Positions 56,922 through 64,000 of a stretch of 64,000 bases of DNA are shown in pieces. Origin of the DNA: a virus (taxonomy: Duplodnaviria; Caudoviricetes); the IMG/VR virus record IMGVR_UViG_2841770359_000005, positions 804-64,803 of that record, one strand, 5' to 3'. A program made the position numbers and the translations under genes. Positions within the stretch are counted from its first letter, which is position 1; each line of letters starts with the position of its first letter. The notes under the pieces are model-generated. The model was not told the DNA's origin. It worked only from the letters and a program-made list of their open reading frames with translations, and did no database searches.

Positions 56922-57457
56922 AGCTGTTTTTTTATCTCCTCTCCAATCAACCTTACAATCTCTTTTTCATTGTCTTTCAGGGCCGGATACATGAAGGGCA
57001 TCGCTGGCTGCCCTTCTGTGTAGCGAAATGTCTTCTCATACTCAAGATATCCGTCAAGGTGATGCGTATACCGTGGCATATGATAAAAGTCTGCGGTTTC
57101 CTTGTCAATCTCATTTCCGCCGCTTCCTTCTGGTATCCACCAAGGTGACTGTGTATAGGCCACTGCGATATCAGGCGATATACCCTCATGATGTGCTTGG
57201 CCTTTTGGACCTGTTCCAAATTCTACGTAAGGGGCATACTTTTTATTGGTGTAGCATATCCCTACTACATCGTCTGTACTGCTTTTTAACGATGTATAAA
57301 CGCTTTCTTTTAATTCTCCGCTGGACAATTTGAAACCATTACAATTTGCTTTCGCTGCCTCCTGTACCAGGGAAATCCCTTTTTCTATTCCAGCCCTAAG
57401 TTCTACTTTTGATAATTTATCAAAATGCTTATTCAGGTCAGCAACGCCTATAATCAT
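56918..57457 (-). CDS. HK97 gp10-like neck protein
   Basis: YAPYVEFGT...GQPA.PFM.PA. Confidence 0.85.
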   Translation of the reverse strand: MIIGVADLNKHFDKLSKVELRAGIEKGISLVQEAAKANCNGFKLSSGELKESVYTSLKSSTDDVVGICYTNKKYAPYVEFGTGPKGQAHHEGISPDIAVAYTQSPWWIPEGSGGNEIDKETADFYHMPRYTHHLDGYLEYEKTFRYTEGQPAMPFMYPALKDNEKEIVRLIGEEIKKQL

Positions 57458-57828
57458 CTTTTTTCCACCTCCAATGTTAGATATGTGTAAGGATAGATAG
57501 AAACTATCTGATAGTCCGGCTCCTGATCCACTGCAGCATAGATACAGATTCCGTCTCCCGCCGCAATCTCAGGCCCGTTGTCGAGCTGATAACTGACTTT
57601 TCCATTCATCCCTGGCACTTCCTTGTATTTTCCCTGGAGCCGCAGGTTGCGGATATTTGGCAGACGGTTCCCATACATTTCAGCCTGCATTTTCCCTCCG
57701 CCTGTCCACATTTCCGCTGTGATAGTCTCAGCAGGGCCGTATTCTGTATAACTGCCGCCCTCCGAGTCTCTCGCAAGGATAGCCTTCCGGTGCTGATACT
57801 CAGTCAGTCTGTTCTGTTTTAATCTCAT
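57454..57828 (-). CDS. Head closure protein
   Basis: AEMYG.RL motif; synteny. Confidence 0.7.
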   Translation of the reverse strand: MRLKQNRLTEYQHRKAILARDSEGGSYTEYGPAETITAEMWTGGGKMQAEMYGNRLPNIRNLRLQGKYKEVPGMNGKVSYQLDNGPEIAAGDGICIYAAVDQEPDYQIVSIYPYTYLTLEVEKR

Positions 57829-58123
57829 GAGCCTTTCCTCCTATCCGGGCAAGCCTGTAACGATTCATGAGGTCATAGACTTGCTTCGGGGCATTATCGA
57901 AGCTATATGTCTCTCCTGCCCCACTACGGCTGTTTTCGCCCTCTGTTCCTCTACGGTTCAGGGCAATGACAGCCAGGTCCCTAACCGCCTTATCCAGGCC
58001 AGATACAAGCCTTGTTCGGTTCGTATATGACAGAACAAAAGCCTCCGCCTCCTCCAACAGAAGAAAGAGCAACGCTTCGTCACTCTCTCCTGTCAGCATT
58101 TTTAATTTTTCTATGTCTGTCAA
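57800..58123 (-). CDS. Head-tail connector protein
   Basis: NRRGTEG..S.S.G...SF motif. Confidence 0.8.
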   Translation of the reverse strand: MTDIEKLKMLTGESDEALLFLLLEEAEAFVLSYTNRTRLVSGLDKAVRDLAVIALNRRGTEGENSRSGAGETYSFDNAPKQVYDLMNRYRLARIGGKAHEIKTEQTD

Positions 58124-58136
58124 TCAGATCACATCC

Positions 58137-59174
58137 TTAACCATTTGTAATTAGGCGTGCCATCGGAATTGTTTTCGGATCAAATTTAATATCCCAATTT
58201 GCCTTTGCAAAAAGCTGGGCATCCGTCGGGGACTGGGTCCAACCAGAAGACGGGACCTTAAAGCTAAATCCGTTTGGATGTAAAGTCTCCCGCATCCTGG
58301 TGATGAGTTCATCCTGGCCGCCGTTCTTTTTAGCTTCACGGTTAGTCTCCACGGGCACGTCCACACGCCCCTTGGCCGTCCTTATGACACCAGCCCCGAA
58401 CAGATAGGTAGTGTACTTTTTAAGGTCTTTGTTCGCCCCCTCTCCTCCAACAGCTTCGCATGGTACACCATCATCAATGATCACCGTATATCCGTTGGCA
58501 GAGCCCATGTTCATGGGACGCTGGATGCCATTCGCATCCGTATACTTCCAATATTCCAGAAGCTGCTTATTTTCTAATGTTTTTGCCACATTGGAATGCA
58601 TAATAGCAAGACCGAACTGGTCTTTGTGATCTCCACACGCCAATGTAGCAAGGTCATTTAAGTCCGTCTCCTCAATAACCCTGGCGTTTGCTGTGTCAGA
58701 GCCGAGGTTCAAGCTGTGGGTCTCTGTCCATTTCTTTGCATGTCCGCTGGACCCAGTGATGTCAAACACCGCATTTGTGATCCCGATCATGCGCATCTGG
58801 CGGCGTTTCTGCCAATATCTTGCGATAGTAGCAACAATATGACCCATAGGGTCAGCCCCTGAAAGTTCTGCTGTAAAGTTCCGGGCAAAGAATCCTTTTG
58901 CACGCCCGTATACAACACCGGTCTGGGAACCGCCTCCTACCTCTGTCACGGTAATATCGGTCTGTCCGTCATAGTTCTGGTCGTCGCCATCCAGCGTATC
59001 GTAAAATGGGATGGTGTAAATGTTTCCGCTTGTCTGAATCATGCCTGATATTGTCGGGTCCTCAACTACAGCTCCGGATTCAATCATAGCTGTGAGATAC
59101 GGGTCTGGAGCCTCATTCCACATCTGTAAAAATAATTCCTCGTCAAACGGAATTCCAAAAATCGTTCCTGGCAT
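58137..59174 (-). CDS. Major capsid protein
   Basis: 345 aa after scaffold; G.DPM, MHS.V, HP.GFSF. Confidence 0.88.
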   Translation of the reverse strand: MPGTIFGIPFDEELFLQMWNEAPDPYLTAMIESGAVVEDPTISGMIQTSGNIYTIPFYDTLDGDDQNYDGQTDITVTEVGGGSQTGVVYGRAKGFFARNFTAELSGADPMGHIVATIARYWQKRRQMRMIGITNAVFDITGSSGHAKKWTETHSLNLGSDTANARVIEETDLNDLATLACGDHKDQFGLAIMHSNVAKTLENKQLLEYWKYTDANGIQRPMNMGSANGYTVIIDDGVPCEAVGGEGANKDLKKYTTYLFGAGVIRTAKGRVDVPVETNREAKKNGGQDELITRMRETLHPNGFSFKVPSSGWTQSPTDAQLFAKANWDIKFDPKTIPMARLITNG

Positions 59175-59191
59175 ATTTTATTTCTCCTTTC

Positions 59192-59881
59192 TTATTTCCC
59201 GGATAACTGCCTGTACAGCTCCGGATCATCTGTTTTAAGTTTAAGTCTTTCTGCATACCCCATCTTTGAGTATTCATCCTTAGTTACTGCTTTTGTTTCC
59301 GGCGCTTTAGTTGGAGGCGTACTTCCTTTCAATCTTTCATATACAGCCGTCTCTAATATCTCATGAAAGGCTTTCTCGACTGTAGCAATAGATTTATTAC
59401 AAGAATCTTCATCTGTGTAATCAAGCACCTCCGCAAGTCCCACTGGCAATTTCTTTTCTGCCAAAGTATTCTTTGCATCCGCCATAAGTTCCCGACGCGT
59501 AATGCCTGCTTCACGTTCTGCCAGCTCTTCCTCGCGCTTCTTCACAAGATACTGTGCTTTTTCTTCCTTAGTCATCCGGTTCAGTTTATCAGCCTCAGAC
59601 AACTTATCATCTGTGAGCGCCTGCCACTTTTCCTGTGCTTTTCCTACCGCTGTATCAATAGCCTTCTGCACGCGCCTGTCAAATTCTGCTTGATGACCGC
59701 CTTTCAGTAAATCATCAAAAGATGGCGGCTCTGTGCCATCGTCTCCTCCAGTTCCGCCTTCTCCTCCTTCAGCTCCGCCGCCATTGCCACCATCGGCCCC
59801 GGCACCGTCTCCTGGTTCTGCAAAAAACTGTAAATCCATCGGTAAGGCACAACATGCAAATCTAAAATACTTATTTCTCAT
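59192..59881 (-). CDS. Scaffolding protein (DUF4355-like) with Prp-type DLQFF/A motif
   Basis: EFDRRV.KA, coiled coil; MDLQFFAE. Confidence 0.85.
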   Translation of the reverse strand: MRNKYFRFACCALPMDLQFFAEPGDGAGADGGNGGGAEGGEGGTGGDDGTEPPSFDDLLKGGHQAEFDRRVQKAIDTAVGKAQEKWQALTDDKLSEADKLNRMTKEEKAQYLVKKREEELAEREAGITRRELMADAKNTLAEKKLPVGLAEVLDYTDEDSCNKSIATVEKAFHEILETAVYERLKGSTPPTKAPETKAVTKDEYSKMGYAERLKLKTDDPELYRQLSGK

Positions 59882-60004
59882 CTTTCTATCCTTTCCGCCC
59901 CAGCCCATTCATAAGCCCAGGCCATTGCTATAGTTTTAGGCCATTCCGGGCGCAAAAATAACGCCCAGGATAACCTGCGCGTCTCTCAGTTATATCTTTT
60001 ACAA

Positions 60005-60054
60005 GCAGCTTCACCCCGCCGCCCAGAGGGAGATTCAGGACCACCGCCTTTCTA
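60005..60054 (-). promoter_or_regulatory. Conserved 50-bp cis element, copy 2
   Basis: 49/50 identical to 18249-18298. Confidence 0.75.
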
Positions 60055-60096
60055 CTTTCCTTTGCCTTTTTTGCCGCCTTTTCCTTTACAAGCCAT
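60052..60096 (-). CDS. 14-aa K/G-rich micro-ORF MACKGKGGKKGKGK
   Basis: AGGAGGTGA RBS; homologue at 18296-18334. Confidence 0.6.
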   Translation of the reverse strand: MACKGKGGKKGKGK

Positions 60097-60109
60097 TCTG
60101 CTCACCTCC

Positions 60110-60502
60110 TTACTCTTTTTCTGTTACAGTAAATGGTACGATAGATTCTGGTATGTAATTCACTTCGTATTTATATTTATTTACTTTTGCGCCGCCCAGA
60201 TCTTCAATGACATACATTGTATTCTCATTCAGTCCAATGATATGTTTCTTATAAGTGCCATCTTCCATTTCACAGATAATACTTATTTTTTCCTTGTCCG
60301 TTGCATCAAGTGAAAATGCACCGATTACTTCAAATTCAACTTTATCCGTCCTGGAATTAATCACTGCAAATCTCCTAAGGACATTAAAATTGTCTGCTTC
60401 CTGTGACACATTATTGGATACTTTATTGGCTTCCGTACATCCGACCACTGTCATGCACACGATGATAAACATTGCAACAGCAACTCCCAGTTTTTTTCTC
60501 AT
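60110..60502 (-). CDS. Phage lipoprotein
   Basis: Signal peptide with lipobox VVG-C. Confidence 0.75.
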   Translation of the reverse strand: MRKKLGVAVAMFIIVCMTVVGCTEANKVSNNVSQEADNFNVLRRFAVINSRTDKVEFEVIGAFSLDATDKEKISIICEMEDGTYKKHIIGLNENTMYVIEDLGGAKVNKYKYEVNYIPESIVPFTVTEKE

Positions 60503-60518
60503 GCCTGCTCTTTCTCCT

Positions 60519-60800
60519 TCATCCCACTTTCTCATGGGTCATGCAAAAAATCCGCGGATCACATGGGTACAGTTCCCCATAAATACCGCGTATGATGTAA
60601 TCACCCACTTTCGCATGTACCCGGCCTCCCGGTGTCATGATGGTACAACCGTAAACATGCATATGTCCGTCTAACAGACTTCGATCAATACAGACTTTTC
60701 CGTCTTCCACAGCCCGGGTAAACCATTCAGGTGCAATTCTGTCTGGATCATCTGTAAGCCTGAAGGCTTCAATCTCTACGTGCTTCTTCCTATATCTCAT
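60519..60800 (-). CDS. PGDYG-like phage protein
   Basis: YRKK.V.IEA...GDYIIRG..GE.YPC.P.IF. Confidence 0.75.
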   Translation of the reverse strand: MRYRKKHVEIEAFRLTDDPDRIAPEWFTRAVEDGKVCIDRSLLDGHMHVYGCTIMTPGGRVHAKVGDYIIRGIYGELYPCDPRIFCMTHEKVG

Positions 60801-60876
60801 CTTTCTCACCTCCTTCGTTGCGCCGGCGCAAATAAAAATGAGTATAAAAATACCACCTGCCATTTCTGACTGGTGG

Positions 60877-61053
60877 TTATTCTTCCGATGTACGCAAAAC
60901 TTTTTCAATGTCGTCAATCGTAATACTGATTGTCTCCCAATCTTTAGGGGAGCTTCCAACATCAGCAATGAATGCTTTGTTCTCAAAGACCTCCATGATA
61001 GACGCTGTCCTGCCATCCTTTAAAAGCACCGTATCAAATTCTTTAATCCCCAT
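60877..61053 (-). CDS. Putative immunity protein (DUF4926-like), 58 aa
   Basis: Own translation MGIKEFDTVLLKDGRTASIMEVF...; GGAGG RBS, starts right at the MuF stop. Confidence 0.7.
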   Translation of the reverse strand: MGIKEFDTVLLKDGRTASIMEVFENKAFIADVGSSPKDWETISITIDDIEKVLRTSEE

Positions 61054-62628
61054 TTATACCTCCTTGATATATGCACTTGACATTGATATAGACCCATCAG
61101 GCTTATGCATCCATCCAACAATAACATTTGCAGGCATTCCATTTTTACCATATATGACCATCTTCTGTTCATACCGGTCTCCATACCCATTATTGTCCTT
61201 AAAAGCGGCTGGATATTTTAAAGCCCTATATTTTATCTCATTCTGCAGTTCCTGCCAATTGTTTATATCATACCCTAACCTGGATGAAAATGCTTGTCCC
61301 TTTGCCAGCCCTTCCGGATATACGCCATCGAAAATATATTTTGTGAATTTTGCATCTGGAACAATAGCGTTCTCTGCATTCGGAAGTTTTTGTTCTGGAT
61401 GCCCCGCCAGCTCATTCCGTCTCTTATAATCCAACTTCGCGTATTTCCATTTCTCAGTTTCATTATACTTCATATTTTGGAAATCATCCAGTGTTTCCGG
61501 GATATCTGTACCGAGAATTTTCTTGTACTTATGGTACTGCGCCCTATCGGAAGAACGATTCTGAATCTTCTTTTCTTCCAGCTCCACCTCCGGCTTGCCC
61601 TTGACATACTTGTCATACCACTGCTGATATGTCATGCTCCTGGGCACCTTGATACGCTTACCCGTGGCAGGGTCAATGGCAGAACGCTGCATTTTCTCAA
61701 TCAGTGCCCTGTCTACTACGGATATTGTGGTTGACCGGCACCAGGGATGCATCGGAGGACAGTTTTTCCCGATCTGGCGTTCCTTCACCAGGAATATCTT
61801 CCCATCTAGTACTCGGCAGATTTTTGAGGTTCTGAGGTCCAGGGTTGCAAGATATTGATATTCTTTAATCCCACATTCTTGATAAGCCCTAAAGTTCATC
61901 TCCGTTGACACATAATTACTTTCCGTTCGCACAAGCCTCCTGGCATTGCTTGCTCCCTGTCCAAACTTATTGGCAATGATAGCAGCAGCTTCCCGGTTTG
62001 TACGGCCTGTCACCAGGTTGATAAGCAGTTCCTCTTTCAGGTCCTGGGCCAACATTTGCGTATTACCCCAGATACGTTCTGAGTAGTTTTTTCCGGACCA
62101 CCTGCTATTAATCACCTGATCTATGACTCTGGCTGATACGTGTCCGAAGGAAAAAGCTGCATCTGCGCGCTGCTGGATATTATATATACTCCGGTAGTAG
62201 GAATCGCTGGCAAGACCAGTATAGAAGTCGGCGCTTATGAGTTTTTCCTGCTGGTATACATTCGCCATAATCACATCAAGCTGTGACTGTATCTGTCTAA
62301 GTCGTTCCAGCCTTGCCTGATACGCCGGTGCCTCCAGTTTTGACAAAAGCTGACGTTTTGATTCGTCCTTATCACCACTTCGCAGCTTCTGCAGGAGTTC
62401 ATCCAGTGACGTCCTATCCTGCATGGTGCTAATCAGTTGTCTGGCCTCTGTCTCTGATAACTCATGCTTTGTTTTATATCTCTCAAAGACATCATCAGCC
62501 TGCGAAGAAAGATATCGTGATGATTTTAAATATAGGTTTGCTATCTGGTCAGCGGCGCCCTCCGCTTTCTGGAAGATGTTAAAGGCATCCTGTACCTGCC
62601 TCTGCTCCCAATAAGCACTACTCTTCAT
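61054..62628 (-). CDS. MuF minor head protein with C-terminal toxin-like domain (DUF6883-like)
   Basis: RLVRTE, ATLD.RTS.IC, PPMHPWCRS; extension LPNAENA.VP..K..Y...KG..F...LGY. Confidence 0.85.
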   Translation of the reverse strand: MKSSAYWEQRQVQDAFNIFQKAEGAADQIANLYLKSSRYLSSQADDVFERYKTKHELSETEARQLISTMQDRTSLDELLQKLRSGDKDESKRQLLSKLEAPAYQARLERLRQIQSQLDVIMANVYQQEKLISADFYTGLASDSYYRSIYNIQQRADAAFSFGHVSARVIDQVINSRWSGKNYSERIWGNTQMLAQDLKEELLINLVTGRTNREAAAIIANKFGQGASNARRLVRTESNYVSTEMNFRAYQECGIKEYQYLATLDLRTSKICRVLDGKIFLVKERQIGKNCPPMHPWCRSTTISVVDRALIEKMQRSAIDPATGKRIKVPRSMTYQQWYDKYVKGKPEVELEEKKIQNRSSDRAQYHKYKKILGTDIPETLDDFQNMKYNETEKWKYAKLDYKRRNELAGHPEQKLPNAENAIVPDAKFTKYIFDGVYPEGLAKGQAFSSRLGYDINNWQELQNEIKYRALKYPAAFKDNNGYGDRYEQKMVIYGKNGMPANVIVGWMHKPDGSISMSSAYIKEV

Positions 62629-64000
62629 CGTCTATCTCACCGTCCTTTGGCGGTTCATTTGGCTGGTTTCCAAAAAGCTCCTTCTGCTTTTTCAGATTCT
62701 CCTCTTCTTCTTTTTCTACAGCTTTCAGTTCCTCTTCCGGATCTTCCACGAAAGGGATCTGTGATAATAAGGTCTTTCGGCTGACTTTACCCCAGAGGTT
62801 GGCCACATACTGGCTGATCTCCAATAGGTTTTTAGGCATGGCACGAGTAAATGTTGGGGTAATCCCGGAGATGTCAACATGGACTCCCGACCGCGTATTT
62901 AAATAGTTGGTAAAGATCCGCAACCTCTTACGTAACCCCTTTTTGTAATACCGGGTCTTGATTTTTGTTATATTCTCCATACCCAGCAGCTTAAATTCCA
63001 TTGCAACGCCGGAGACGTTGCCACCAAAGCTCTCGTCTGTCAGGCAGGGGATGTGGGAGAACTTATGGATATCCTGCTCAATGGCTTTTTTCAGAATCTC
63101 CACTCCCGCTTCATCGAATGTACGAGTCAGATATTCCGCTTTCGCATCAACTGGAAGCTCTACCATCTTCTCTTTTTTAAGCCTTTCCATTGCCCGCTGA
63201 CTGCCTTCCCCATCTCCCTCATCTTCTGCATCTTCATCAGATAGCAACGCCCCGTACAGGGCAAGGATAGAATCTATAAACTGCTCCTTGTCCGTGATAC
63301 GGTCGCTCATCAGAGCATTGTACGCATCAATCAGCGGGATCTGCAGCTCATAATCGCCGATAGCAAGTTTATTATTCAAATATTCGATTACAGGCACCTC
63401 GCCCTTGAAATGTGGGTCTGGCCCTTCAAGGAGCCCCTGCGGCCCTTCCATGTCTTCAATAACCGCTATATACTTATAATTCTGTGTCAGGATAGTAGCC
63501 ACATAAACTGTTTTTTTCTCATCTCTTGAGTCTACTTGAGCATAATAATAGACAGCGAAGAGCTCATTCTGCTCTATACTGTCATCGTAAACTATGAAGG
63601 TGTTCTCCGGAGGGAGATTTTTAATGATTAAGTCAGTACCATCCTGCTTAGTATAAATATACTCATAAGCCCGTCCATAGATACTCAGATCCAGCCCGTT
63701 ATCCCCATCAGCTTCATCCGCCCCCGCCAGTTCCAGATCATCCGTCAGTGGCCTTATATCAGCATCGCTTTTATAGCTCACGGGATTACCTATAAAATAG
63801 GACGTAGCTGTGTCTGCTATGTCTTTGGCGTGGTTGCACACCAGCTTATTCTCCCGGCCCTCGTCAGACAATATCTTGTGCTTGCCTTTATAATAGGCTT
63901 TGAGCTGTGCTAAGTCTTTTACACATGCCCTATGTTTCAGGATCAGGTGCCTGACCGCTTGTTTGTCTATATTGAGTTCATCCCACTCTGCCGCAGGCAT
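62618..64000 (-). CDS. SPP1-type portal protein (5' end off window)
   Basis: YY.G.H.I, GNPVSY, IDAYN...SD, SGVAM.FKL. Confidence 0.9.
   Translation of the reverse strand: MPAAEWDELNIDKQAVRHLILKHRACVKDLAQLKAYYKGKHKILSDEGRENKLVCNHAKDIADTATSYFIGNPVSYKSDADIRPLTDDLELAGADEADGDNGLDLSIYGRAYEYIYTKQDGTDLIIKNLPPENTFIVYDDSIEQNELFAVYYYAQVDSRDEKKTVYVATILTQNYKYIAVIEDMEGPQGLLEGPDPHFKGEVPVIEYLNNKLAIGDYELQIPLIDAYNALMSDRITDKEQFIDSILALYGALLSDEDAEDEGDGEGSQRAMERLKKEKMVELPVDAKAEYLTRTFDEAGVEILKKAIEQDIHKFSHIPCLTDESFGGNVSGVAMEFKLLGMENITKIKTRYYKKGLRKRLRIFTNYLNTRSGVHVDISGITPTFTRAMPKNLLEISQYVANLWGKVSRKTLLSQIPFVEDPEEELKAVEKEEEENLKKQKELFGNQPNEPPKDGEIDDEE

Larger units (their letters stand above)
39369..64000. mobile_element. 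Prophage 2 (temperate siphovirus with DGR; right part off window)
   Basis: att remnant, then lysin, holin, DGR, tail, head, portal. Confidence 0.95.

Overview
The window is almost entirely two tandem, same-orientation siphovirus-type prophages from a Gram-positive host. A Clostridia/Lachnospiraceae-like host is an inference from the GGAGG ribosome-binding sites, the LexA boxes and the gene families. Prophage 1 (<1-~39245) runs, reading the minus strand from its integrase end, through integrase, cI/cro with an ImmA-like protease, a replication module, terminase, head, tail and holin; it abuts the 3' end of an intact tRNA-Leu(TAG). Prophage 2 (39369->64000) starts at a 3'-half tRNA-Lys(TTT) att remnant 42 bp away and is seen from its lysis genes to its portal. 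Main system: prophage 2 carries a compact diversity-generating retroelement (RT 42332-43552, TR 43774-43874, VR 43985-44085 in a tail-fibre gene). All 12 TR/VR mismatches fall at TR adenines, and no avd gene is visible. Other observations: (1) both otherwise divergent phages share a micro-ORF (MACKG...) followed by a 50-bp element 49/50 identical that begins with a long 16S-3'-end-complementary tract, upstream of the scaffold gene; (2) an array of three promoter/short-RNA/terminator units lies beyond the endolysin; (3) a phage-supplied outward promoter may rescue the stranded tRNA-Leu; (4) both phages have MuF-type toxin/immunity pairs; (5) a CotH-kinase-like tail protein is split at its catalytic loop; (6) the two holins share an identical dual-start leader. 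Family names are from recognition of motifs and synteny, not from database searches.
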